Origin: a virus
DNA length: 64,000 nucleotides
Virus record (IMG/VR): IMGVR_UViG_3300032053_000060
Coordinates: 3,842 to 67,841 of that record
Direction: 5' to 3' (one strand)
Shown here: positions 55,479-64,000 of the stretch, piece by piece
Numbering within the stretch: the stretch's first letter is position 1
Layout of the letters: each line of letters begins with the position of its first letter
Made by a program: the position numbers and the translations under genes
Notes under the pieces: generated by a model
Told to the model about the DNA's origin: nothing
The model's input: only the letters and a program-made list of their open reading frames with translations
Databases searched by the model: none

Positions 55479-56450
55479 TCAATTATTATTGTATGCAGTC
55501 CAACCCCTGTGATATTTTCTAATTCCTTTTATAACCGAAAACATATTTCCACTATTTAAATTGTTTTCTCTACAAAATTTATTCATATTTTTTATCTTAA
55601 TTATTTCACCTTTTGGATTTATCATAATATATTCTTTTGACTTTATTTCTGATATTTTATCACCCCAAGTTATTTTTCTTCCTTTCATAATTTTACTCAT
55701 TCTTTCTTTATGTTCTTGAGTATGTTTATATCCTTTGTGGTTTCCAAAGGTTCCATTTATTCTTTTAGTATTTAAAATTTTTTGTATGCTTTCTGGTGTT
55801 AATTTTCTCCCTTTAGAAGCTTTACTTATTTTTAATTTAGTTTCATCTGTCATTGGCTTTCTATTTTTATTACTATTCATAGTTCCGTTTATTCTTTTTG
55901 TATTTAAAATTTTTTCAATAGTTTCTTTTGAATGTTTATAATTTTTTCTTGATTTTACAATCTTATCAATCCAAGTTATTTTTCGTCCTTTCATTTTTGC
56001 ACTTTTCTTTTTTCTAGTTTCTTCAGAAACTATCACGCCAGAAGATCCTTCTCCACCAGATGTCATATTTACTAGAGGTCCACTTTCATTAAACCTTTTT
56101 ATATTTTTTATATAATTTATTTCTTCGATAAATGCGTCTTGTTCGGTCATATTTTCTTTTATTTTTATAATTAATGGATAATTTTTAGTTTCTTTTATAA
56201 TTTTATTTATCTTTTTAATTTTATACGGGTTATAATTTTCGGATTTTAAAAAATGATTTTTATATCTTCTATCTTTTCCTTTACCTATATAAAATGGTTC
56301 ATAATTAAATATAAAATTACAATTTTCATATTTATATATTCCAGGTTTTCTAGTATCTAACAATGCGTATATATAATAATCTTTAGAATATAGTTTTAAA
56401 TAAGATAATAAAAAATAATTTAAAAATAAATATTCTGAATAGTTTAACAT
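55479..56450 (-). CDS. GIY-YIG homing endonuclease with NUMOD3-like repeats
   Basis: YYIYALLD..PFYIGKGKDRR..H, LVNMTSGGEG, SEETRKK / SKETIEKI / TDETKLKIS repeats. Confidence 0.88.
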   Translation of the reverse strand: MLNYSEYLFLNYFLLSYLKLYSKDYYIYALLDTRKPGIYKYENCNFIFNYEPFYIGKGKDRRYKNHFLKSENYNPYKIKKINKIIKETKNYPLIIKIKENMTEQDAFIEEINYIKNIKRFNESGPLVNMTSGGEGSSGVIVSEETRKKKSAKMKGRKITWIDKIVKSRKNYKHSKETIEKILNTKRINGTMNSNKNRKPMTDETKLKISKASKGRKLTPESIQKILNTKRINGTFGNHKGYKHTQEHKERMSKIMKGRKITWGDKISEIKSKEYIMINPKGEIIKIKNMNKFCRENNLNSGNMFSVIKGIRKYHRGWTAYNNN

Positions 56451-56451
56451 A

Positions 56452-56616
56452 TTAAAATTCTTTTAATAATTTTTTAATATCTTTTTCTGCATATAAATTT
56501 CTACGACCTATTTTTTTAGAATTTAATATTTTTATTTTTTTCCATCTCCATATAGTTTGTCTACTAACTTTAAATTTAATTGATAATTCTTCAGTTGTAT
56601 AATAAATATCTATCAT
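56452..56616 (-). CDS. Small MerR/excisionase-like HTH protein (54 aa; below the ORF-track cutoff)
   Basis: Hand-translated MIDIYYTTEELSIKFKVSRQTIWRWKKIKILNSKKIGRRNLYAEKDIKKLLKEF; AAAGGA RBS; TATAAATA at 56647-56654. Confidence 0.8.
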   Translation of the reverse strand: MIDIYYTTEELSIKFKVSRQTIWRWKKIKILNSKKIGRRNLYAEKDIKKLLKEF

Positions 56617-56668
56617 AATAGGTCCTTTATATTAATGTTACATATGTATTTATAAATAAATAAATAAC

Positions 56669-56696
56669 TTGATATAATACAAATATTTGTTATAAT
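56669..56696 (+). promoter_or_regulatory. sigma70-like promoter TTGATA-N16-TATAAT
   Basis: Read directly; TG extended -10. Confidence 0.6.
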
Positions 56697-56730
56697 TTGA
56701 AAGAATAATACATTTAAGAGGTATAATAAT

Positions 56731-58647
56731 ATGGTTTCTAAAGATCAAGATATAAAAATTTTATCTGATATTTCTCATTGTATGTTAAGACCAAATATGT
56801 ATATTGGATCGGTATTAACTCAAAAGCAATTATTTTGGATTCCTGAAGATAAAAAAATTGTAATAAAAGAAATAGAATATATTCCTGGATTATATAAGAT
56901 ATTTGAAGAAATTTTAGATAATGGATATGATGAAATTTCATCTAGAGGTTATGGTGATACTTTAAATATAGAATATAATTATACTGAAGGATCTTTTAAA
57001 GTCTCTGATAATGGTCGCGGAATTCCATTAGAAAAACATAAAGATTCTGGCAAATATTTTCCAGAATTGGTTTATACTCAACTTAGAGCTGGATCAAATT
57101 TCAATGATGATGCTAGAACTTCTATTGGTATGAATGGTGTCGGTGCAACGTTGACTACAATATTTTCGGAATTTTTAATAGTTAGAGTTAAAAGAGATGG
57201 GAAAATATACGAACAACAATTCAAAAATAACTTATCTAAAATATCACAGCCATCTATTGAAAAGAATTTAAAACAAAAAGGGACTGGGACATTAGTATAT
57301 TTTAAACCTGATTATAAAATATTTAGTAAAAAATTACCAATAGAGTTAATAAAGAAACGATGTTTGGAATTATCTGTAGCATGTCAAAAAATAACTATAA
57401 ACTTAAAAATAATCGATAAAACAGAAGAAATATTTGTATATAAAAATAAAAAATTTGAAGATTTTATTGAGTTATTTTCTAGTCAGTATTCTATTTTTGA
57501 AGATGCAAAATCACAAATGAAATTGGCAATAATACACAACAAACATAGTGACTCGTTTGAACATTTTTCTAATATCAATGGAATAGATACTTTTCGCGGT
57601 GGTAGTCATGTTGAAGCTGTTAAAGAATTATTTTGTGATGAAATTAAAGAAAAATTAACAAAAGAATTAAAAATAGAGGTTTCAAATTTGGATGTTTCCA
57701 AAAATATGATATTAATATTATTTCAGGTCTGGAACGCGCCCCAATTTGAAGGTCAAACAAAAGAAAAATTTGTAAACGATAAAGTTACAGTCAAAGAATT
57801 TTTTAATAGTAAAATATCTACTCGTAGAATAACCTCTATTTTTTCGGAGTTGCCAGATTTAAAGCAATCAATAATAGATACTGTAACTGAAAAAAATGAA
57901 AGAAAAAATAATCAAGAATTGAAAAAATTACAAAAAAATATAGATAGAAAAAGAATTCCAAAATTGCTTGAGGCTTCTAATAGAGATAGATCAAAGTGTA
58001 GTATTTATATAACCGAAGGTGATTCGGCAATATCTACTCTGGCATCAATTAGAGATCCTAAATTTATGGCTGGATTGCCGTTACGTGGTAAAGTTATGAA
58101 TGTTTTAGAATGTTCTGAAAAGGATGTTATAGGAAATAAAGAAATTCAAGCCATAATGTCGTCAATAGGTCTTAAAATAGGCGAATCACCACTTGAAATT
58201 GTATTAGGAAAAGTTCAAAAGAGTTATTTAAATTATGGAAAAATTATAATAGCAACTGATCAGGATATGGATGGATATTGTATACGTTGTCTATTAATAA
58301 ATTTTATATATAAATTTTGGCCAGAATTGATTGAAAATGGATATGTTTATATTTTAGAAACTCCATTATATGAAATTATAGATTCTAAAAATGATAAAAT
58401 AGAATATTTTTATAATAAAGAAGATTTTGAATCTTATATGGATGGTAAACACTCTCAATCTTCTAGATATGAAATTTCATATTTTAAAGGGTTAGGCTCA
58501 TGTGGTATAACTGCTTGGGATTACATGGTTAATAAAAATCCAAATTTAATTCAAGTTTCATCAAAAAGTAAATCAGAATCAAATAAGAAATTAAAAATAG
58601 TGTTTGGAAACGACTCTTTGTTAAGAAAAGAGTGGTTATCCGAATAA
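56731..58647 (+). CDS. gp39: Type II topoisomerase large/ATPase subunit (gp39+gp60 as one ORF)
   Basis: RPNMYIGS, EILDN, DNGRGIP, GMNGVG, TEGDSA, PLRGK, TDQDMDG, YFKGLG. Confidence 0.95.
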   Translation: MVSKDQDIKILSDISHCMLRPNMYIGSVLTQKQLFWIPEDKKIVIKEIEYIPGLYKIFEEILDNGYDEISSRGYGDTLNIEYNYTEGSFKVSDNGRGIPLEKHKDSGKYFPELVYTQLRAGSNFNDDARTSIGMNGVGATLTTIFSEFLIVRVKRDGKIYEQQFKNNLSKISQPSIEKNLKQKGTGTLVYFKPDYKIFSKKLPIELIKKRCLELSVACQKITINLKIIDKTEEIFVYKNKKFEDFIELFSSQYSIFEDAKSQMKLAIIHNKHSDSFEHFSNINGIDTFRGGSHVEAVKELFCDEIKEKLTKELKIEVSNLDVSKNMILILFQVWNAPQFEGQTKEKFVNDKVTVKEFFNSKISTRRITSIFSELPDLKQSIIDTVTEKNERKNNQELKKLQKNIDRKRIPKLLEASNRDRSKCSIYITEGDSAISTLASIRDPKFMAGLPLRGKVMNVLECSEKDVIGNKEIQAIMSSIGLKIGESPLEIVLGKVQKSYLNYGKIIIATDQDMDGYCIRCLLINFIYKFWPELIENGYVYILETPLYEIIDSKNDKIEYFYNKEDFESYMDGKHSQSSRYEISYFKGLGSCGITAWDYMVNKNPNLIQVSSKSKSESNKKLKIVFGNDSLLRKEWLSE

Positions 58648-58653
58648 ATTTGT

Positions 58654-58681
58654 TTGACTCTGAACTTTATATTGTTATAAT
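58654..58681 (+). promoter_or_regulatory. sigma70-like promoter TTGACT-N16-TATAAT
   Basis: Read directly; TG extended -10. Confidence 0.65.
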
Positions 58682-58712
58682 TCACTCGAAACAATAACAG
58701 GATAACCGCCTT

Positions 58713-59459
58713 ATGATAAAAGGTTTATTTAATAAAATACAAATAAAAGAATTTTTATATCCATTACAAGTAATTTCTAATATATTAGATCCAAAAGATG
58801 ATGGTGGTATAATTTTAAATATAAATAAAGAAACTAAAGAAATAAACATTTTTACTAAAAAAATGTCCATAGGTACGATATTGTTTGTAAAATTTAAAGA
58901 TTTATTAAATACATTTGAAATAACTGATGAATCTATAGGGATTATAAATATTTCTGAATTTACTAAATATTTTTCAGTTATCGACGATGATAATACTGAA
59001 ATAGAGTATACAGATTCAAAATTTACAATAAAAGGGGTCGATACTGAAATTTGCTTTAACACATCTGATATTTCGTTAATAACTGAATCTAAAAAAGAAT
59101 TTAAATTTTCAGATTGGTTATGCGAATTTGTTTATGATGAAAAATTTTCAAAATTGGAAAAGGCTATTAAATCTTTCATAAATGAGGATTTTGTATATAT
59201 CAAGGGTGATTCTATTAATAATAAATTATCATTTACTGTTAGAAAATCTGATTTGGATATGAATAAATTTAAATTTTCTATAGATTGTCCTATAAAAAAA
59301 GATTTTCAAATAATAGCAAAAAAAGATATTTTTAACGTTTTAACTTCTGTAAATTGTAATAACATGACGATAAAGATAGCTGAAAGATTATTTAGCTTAG
59401 AATGTGAGCGTGAAAATAGCGTTATGACATTTTTTGTAGCAAATTATAATATAGCATAA
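58713..59459 (+). CDS. gp45: Sliding clamp (gp45-like)
   Basis: 248 aa, IGIINISEFTKYFSV, position directly before the clamp loader. Confidence 0.7.
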   Translation: MIKGLFNKIQIKEFLYPLQVISNILDPKDDGGIILNINKETKEINIFTKKMSIGTILFVKFKDLLNTFEITDESIGIINISEFTKYFSVIDDDNTEIEYTDSKFTIKGVDTEICFNTSDISLITESKKEFKFSDWLCEFVYDEKFSKLEKAIKSFINEDFVYIKGDSINNKLSFTVRKSDLDMNKFKFSIDCPIKKDFQIIAKKDIFNVLTSVNCNNMTIKIAERLFSLECERENSVMTFFVANYNIA

Positions 59460-59468
59460 GGTAAATAT

Positions 59469-60407
59469 ATGTCAAATATTGATTTAGAATATCCTTGGAC
59501 GGAAGAATTTAGACCTTCAAAAATTGAAGAAGTTATAGGAAATGAACATCTAATTAATAAGCTTAATGAATATTTAAGTTCTAAATCTATACCAAATTTA
59601 TTGTTGGTTGGTCACGCAGGCACTGGAAAAACTACAATTGCTAAAATACTAGCAGATACGATATGTGGAAAAAAACAATATCTATCAATTAATGCGTCAG
59701 AACGTAATAACATAGAGACTATTAGAAGTGATGTAATTCAATATTGTTCCACCAGTGGATTTGGTACAGAAATTAAAATAATTTTATTGGATGAATTTGA
59801 CGGAATGACCATCCAAGCGCAAAGATCGCTAAAAGCTATAATGGAAGATTATGCAAAAACTACTAGATTTATATTGACTGCAAATACCGAAAATAAAATA
59901 ATTGACCCAATTCAATCTAGATGTCAAAAATATGAATTTTTTTCAGCAAGTAAAAATAGTATAATTAAAAAATGTTTTGAAATTTTAAAGTCTAAAAAAA
60001 TAAAAATAAAAAACAGTAAAGAAGAAGTTGTAGACGCTGTTAAAAGTATTGTTAATAAGTGTTATCCAGATATAAGACTAACTATAAATAATTTACAAAA
60101 AAATTGCGTCAATGGTGAATTTGTTTATGATAAAACTTCTATAAATAATAAAGACACTTTAATAAAATATATTAAAGAAAGTGATATAAAATCTATCAGA
60201 GAAGAAATATTAAATACTACAGTCGATTATTTAGAATTGTATAATTTTATATATTTAAATATTAAAGATATAACTCAAAATCCCGAACATGGTGCAGGAG
60301 TAATTTTAATGATTTCTGAATATTTGTATCGGCATAGCACACATTTAAATTCAGAAATGAATTTTACTGCATGTTTGATAGAAATTAGAAACATATTAAA
60401 AAGTTAA
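59469..60407 (+). CDS. gp44: Clamp loader AAA+ subunit (gp44)
   Basis: WTEEFRP, GHAGTGKTT, INAS, LLDEFD, IQSRC, YPDIR. Confidence 0.95.
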   Translation: MSNIDLEYPWTEEFRPSKIEEVIGNEHLINKLNEYLSSKSIPNLLLVGHAGTGKTTIAKILADTICGKKQYLSINASERNNIETIRSDVIQYCSTSGFGTEIKIILLDEFDGMTIQAQRSLKAIMEDYAKTTRFILTANTENKIIDPIQSRCQKYEFFSASKNSIIKKCFEILKSKKIKIKNSKEEVVDAVKSIVNKCYPDIRLTINNLQKNCVNGEFVYDKTSINNKDTLIKYIKESDIKSIREEILNTTVDYLELYNFIYLNIKDITQNPEHGAGVILMISEYLYRHSTHLNSEMNFTACLIEIRNILKS

Positions 60408-60481
60408 GGAATAATAATGTGGCTTTTTCAAAAATTTATGATATAATAAATAAGTTAAATAAAAAACTATGGAGAAAACAA

Positions 60482-61198
60482 ATGAGTTTAAAATCATATT
60501 TAATAGTTGTTGATACAACAGAAGAGAGATTTTTGCGATCTATTGGCAGAGGCATTTTAAATGTACATATATCATTGGCTGAAACCGCAGAAATTGCAAG
60601 GGAGCAATTTTTAAAAGTTTTTAATCCAGCAATAGCAGAGCAAATAAAAAATTCAATATACATATACGATATTGCTGAGATTAGCTCTCATTTAGAAAAA
60701 ATTGACATTACAAAACAAATTCAATTGTTCGCATTTCTGCCATTGGCTGGAGGTCGCCCACAAAAGCAAGTTCCTCAAATCGCCCCAAACGAAATACATG
60801 AATTGCAACAAACTGCTTTAAATCAACAACTTAGACAAACTTCTCAGAATACGTTGTCACCAGAAAAAATGCAACTCCTTAGAGAAGTTGGGGCTATGCC
60901 TTTACAGGATAATGCTCCTGAAGGGACCAATTTACGCGTCAACGCATCTGTAGGATTAAACCGAAATGTGCAATCAGATATGATCGTTAAACCAAATCCG
61001 ACCCAAAATTTAAATACTGAACAAATGAATTTATTATCAAAAGTTGGCGTTAATATTCCAGAATTGAATTCGTTGTATAGTGATGGCGTGACTATAACGG
61101 ATAAACGTACAATAAATTCAGATTTAGCAGATGTGGGTTCAGAAAAACCTATGTCTGACGCAGAGTTAGCAGCACTACAAAACCAAGTAAGGAACTAA
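60482..61198 (+). CDS. Hypothetical protein (Q/N-rich C-terminal half)
   Basis: ATG 60482 behind GGAG; internal near-repeat LSPEKMQLLREVG / LNTEQMNLLSKVG. Confidence 0.7.
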   Translation: MSLKSYLIVVDTTEERFLRSIGRGILNVHISLAETAEIAREQFLKVFNPAIAEQIKNSIYIYDIAEISSHLEKIDITKQIQLFAFLPLAGGRPQKQVPQIAPNEIHELQQTALNQQLRQTSQNTLSPEKMQLLREVGAMPLQDNAPEGTNLRVNASVGLNRNVQSDMIVKPNPTQNLNTEQMNLLSKVGVNIPELNSLYSDGVTITDKRTINSDLADVGSEKPMSDAELAALQNQVRN

Positions 61199-61200
61199 AA

Positions 61201-61584
61201 ATGAGTAACAAATCGTCAAGCATGAAGAAAAAAGGTGGAAATTCTATAACCAAGAAGATGATTACTGGTAGAATGGATGACATGGCAAATTTAATGGTAG
61301 CTATGGAAGCGACAATGATGGAGTGGGAAGTTTGGTATAGAATTGTAAAAATGCAACAAATTTCATTAAAACGCGGTGAAATAACTCAAGACCAATTAGA
61401 TTTTTTTATAAATGATGGTCCAATATTTACTGATTTGACCGGAAAAATAATGGCTAGTATTAGATCACAGATTCCAGATTACGCTAAAGAAAAACAAGAT
61501 TCGCCTGTAGACTCTGGTAAGCCAGCTATTTTAGGCGCAGATGGATTTGCTGCCCAAAAAGAGACTAAACCATTAATTAAATAA
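61201..61584 (+). CDS. Hypothetical protein
   Basis: 127 aa, AAGGAA RBS. Confidence 0.7.
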   Translation: MSNKSSSMKKKGGNSITKKMITGRMDDMANLMVAMEATMMEWEVWYRIVKMQQISLKRGEITQDQLDFFINDGPIFTDLTGKIMASIRSQIPDYAKEKQDSPVDSGKPAILGADGFAAQKETKPLIK

Positions 61585-61606
61585 TTCTCAAAAACTGAAA
61601 GTTTTT

Positions 61607-62098
61607 ATGAAAAAAAAGTATAATTATAAACAGTTAAATATAGAAAAGGCTTTAAAAAATAAAGATGAATATTATTTAGATGATACTATTGTTGAAAAAA
61701 AAGATAATAAATCTTTAACAATTTTTGATTTCATAAATGATATACGTAAATATAAAACTGGAAAATTGTTAGAAGATGAATCAAACAACTCAGTATTTAA
61801 TTCTTTTATGATTTTAAAATTTTTATCTATGAAAGAGGATGATGTTCCAATTTGCAATTATCTAAATAAATATTGTAACATCTTAACGAAAGAACAAATG
61901 TATTTCGCTTTAATAAATTTAATTGAGAAAGATAATAGATTTTATAAATATATAAATAAAAAATCAGAAATAGATGATAGCGAATATGTAATAAAATATT
62001 TTAGTTGTTCCAAAAAAGAAGCTATTTCATATGTAGAATTAATGGGTTCTGAATGGACAGAAAAAATAAAAAATAAATATAAAATGGAAATTGTATGA
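61607..62098 (+). CDS. gp62: Clamp loader small subunit (gp62-like)
   Basis: FMILKFLSM..LNKY..KEQMY..RFYKYI..KYFSCSKKEAISY; directly before regA. Confidence 0.8.
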   Translation: MKKKYNYKQLNIEKALKNKDEYYLDDTIVEKKDNKSLTIFDFINDIRKYKTGKLLEDESNNSVFNSFMILKFLSMKEDDVPICNYLNKYCNILTKEQMYFALINLIEKDNRFYKYINKKSEIDDSEYVIKYFSCSKKEAISYVELMGSEWTEKIKNKYKMEIV

Positions 62099-62484
62099 CT
62101 ATAGGAATTCAAGTCCAATTAAAAAAAGATTTTTCAGTTATACGTGAAACATTAGAGAGAATTGGCGTAAAAAATAATAAAAAAATGACATTTTATCCTT
62201 CATGTTATTGCATAGAAACGAAAAATCCTGAAATACATAGAATAGTACATTTTAAAGAATTATTTACACTATCTGAAAGACCTACGACATTTGATGATTT
62301 AGATAAATTAAGAAGAAATACCGCTATTTTAATATTAGAAGGTTGGGGAATATTACAAGTTTTGGATAAAAGTATTATTGATGAAATAATGGTAGAAAAA
62401 ATACATATATTAAAATTTAGCGAAAAGCAAAAATATAATATAATTCATAAATATAAATTTTCATCTCATATAGTCGTAGCCTAA
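62095..62484 (+). CDS. regA: Translational repressor RegA
   Basis: FSVIRETLERIGV, SCY, IVHFKELF, RRNTAI..LEGWG. Confidence 0.9.
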   Translation: MTIGIQVQLKKDFSVIRETLERIGVKNNKKMTFYPSCYCIETKNPEIHRIVHFKELFTLSERPTTFDDLDKLRRNTAILILEGWGILQVLDKSIIDEIMVEKIHILKFSEKQKYNIIHKYKFSSHIVVA

Positions 62485-62491
62485 AAATGTC

Positions 62492-62519
62492 TTGAATTTT
62501 ATTTTTATTAAGATATAAT
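62492..62519 (+). promoter_or_regulatory. sigma70-like promoter TTGAAT-N16-TATAAT
   Basis: Read directly. Confidence 0.55.
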
Positions 62520-62525
62520 TTATAT

Positions 62526-63434
62526 ATGCAAATTTCAATAATAGAAGAATCTTTAGTAAAAGATGATAAAAGCGGAAATTTAAGTAAAATTTCTCAAGTT
62601 ATTGATATCAATAACTTGAACGATTTTTCAACTATAGCATTACAAACGCATATTTGTTGTGGTATTTTTAAAGATAATATAAGACGATTGGTTAATTTTG
62701 AATATATAAATTTTTTGCAGTATGACTTTGATAATGGAACTTCCCCAGAAGAAGTTATTAAAATCTTTAGGAGATATAATAAAGTTATTTTAGCGTCTAA
62801 AAATCACATGTTAGATAAAAATGATGGAAAAGGAATAATTCCAAGATTTCATTTATTTCTACAATTAGACTCTCCAGTAACAGATTATGAATTTTATTCA
62901 TTTATTATAAAGCGTATCGCAGACGACGAGAAAATTGCAATTGATCGTAGGTCAGTTGATGCTACTAGATATTTTTATAAGCATTCTGATATCCTTCATG
63001 TAATGACAGCTAGAGAAAATATTATATCAAAAAATTATAAACCATTTTATGATGATTATAATAGAAAAAAGGATTTAGAAGATGATGAGCGGTTAAAATA
63101 TTTAGAAAATTCAAATAAAAAATATAGCATAACAAGCGACCAGCGATATAAAGCCGCCAAACAATTGGTACAAACAAAAGTTAAAGCGTCTATATCTGGC
63201 AACGGTGGTAATAATAATACGTTTAATGTTGCATGTTATGGCGTTAAATGTGGATTGAACGATGCAGCATTAAAAGATTTATTAAACTGGTATAATGATA
63301 ATTACTGTTTCCCAAAATGGTCAAAATCAGGAATAGATAACAAAATAAAATATGCAAAAAAAATAGTCAAATATTCAGATCATTTTACACCGCCTTACAT
63401 TTTTAAAATAATAGGAATAGAATGCGCCAATTAG
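62526..63434 (+). CDS. AEP-superfamily primase/PrimPol-like protein with PriCT-like C-terminus
   Basis: LQYDFD (motif I), SKNH (II), PRFHLFL, D in VDATR; C-terminal GGNNNTFNVAC..GL..YNDNYCFPKWS. Confidence 0.65.
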   Translation: MQISIIEESLVKDDKSGNLSKISQVIDINNLNDFSTIALQTHICCGIFKDNIRRLVNFEYINFLQYDFDNGTSPEEVIKIFRRYNKVILASKNHMLDKNDGKGIIPRFHLFLQLDSPVTDYEFYSFIIKRIADDEKIAIDRRSVDATRYFYKHSDILHVMTARENIISKNYKPFYDDYNRKKDLEDDERLKYLENSNKKYSITSDQRYKAAKQLVQTKVKASISGNGGNNNTFNVACYGVKCGLNDAALKDLLNWYNDNYCFPKWSKSGIDNKIKYAKKIVKYSDHFTPPYIFKIIGIECAN

Positions 63435-64000
63435 ATATACCAGATTTATTAGAAACTCAATATAAAACATATTCATATTATGTCTTGGAATCAAGAGCTA
63501 TACCCCATATCGTTGATGGAATGAAGCCCGTTCAGAGACGGGCACTGTTTTCTGCAATGAAGCTTTGTTATAATGATCCAGTTAAAGTCGTAAAATTATC
63601 TGGATATACTATGCAATATCATCCTCATGGTGACGTTTCTATTTCAGATTCAATTTGTAATATGGCGCAGCGGTTTGTAGGAGCTACTAATGTAAATTGG
63701 TTTGACGGCAAAGGTGCATTTGGATCGAGATTGTCTAATATTTGTGCGTCTCCTAGATATATTTCAGTTAAATTATCTAAAAATTTTAAAGATATAATAG
63801 ATATAGACAATGATTTAATTGAAATGGTTTCATCTTATGATGATTGCTCTAAAGAACCAAAAAACTTTTTACCGCTGATTCCGACAGTTTTATTGAACCC
63901 AATCCAAGGCATTGCTGTAGGATTCGCGTGCGATATATTGCCAAGGAAACTAAAAGATGTTGTACACTGCCAGTTGGCATATTTAGAAGGTAAAGGATTC
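63422..64000 (+). CDS. gp52: Type II topoisomerase medium subunit (gp52), 3'-truncated by window; absent from the ORF track
   Basis: Hand-translated MRQLDIPDLLETQYKTYSYYVLESRAIPHIVDGMKPVQRRAL..YHPHGDVS..GAFGSR..ASPRYI..GIAVGFA. Confidence 0.95.
   Translation, partial: MRQLDIPDLLETQYKTYSYYVLESRAIPHIVDGMKPVQRRALFSAMKLCYNDPVKVVKLSGYTMQYHPHGDVSISDSICNMAQRFVGATNVNWFDGKGAFGSRLSNICASPRYISVKLSKNFKDIIDIDNDLIEMVSSYDDCSKEPKNFLPLIPTVLLNPIQGIAVGFACDILPRKLKDVVHCQLAYLEGKGF

Noticed and set aside
12928-63810. Remaining short ORFs antisense to or nested in assigned genes (e.g. 17214, 17946, 20330, 37104, 46985, 58682, 63625)
   Set aside because: Overlapped by confidently assigned genes on the other strand or frame, with no recognisable motifs

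Overview
Very AT-rich segment of a large T4-superfamily (likely jumbo) phage genome, standard genetic code. The left ~12.7 kb is one minus-strand ORF (>4,238 codons, runs off the window edge and is therefore missing from the supplied ORF track) made of three parallel beta-helix domains and about 30 fibronectin-III repeats. Next come two tandem Hef-like nuclease/GNAT genes and the head module (gp23, gp22, gp21, portal gp20 with an intein, gp4). The rest is a replication/recombination block: RNase H, RuvC, UvsY, UvsW, gp46/47, gp55, gp43, UvsX, gp41, gp33/59/32, topoisomerase II, gp45/44/62, RegA and an AEP-type primase. Class I and class II ribonucleotide reductases are adjacent; nrdA is fractured into two genes joined by a split intein with a GIY-YIG gene between the halves. 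There are four inteins in total, sugar-modifying genes (GT2, GT4, RmlC-RmlD fusion, sulfotransferase), a promoter-driven and heavily structured ~480-nt non-coding region, T4 late promoters (TATAAATA), and a uniform class of sigma70-like promoters with 16-bp spacers. All protein calls come from motif recognition and synteny, not database searches.
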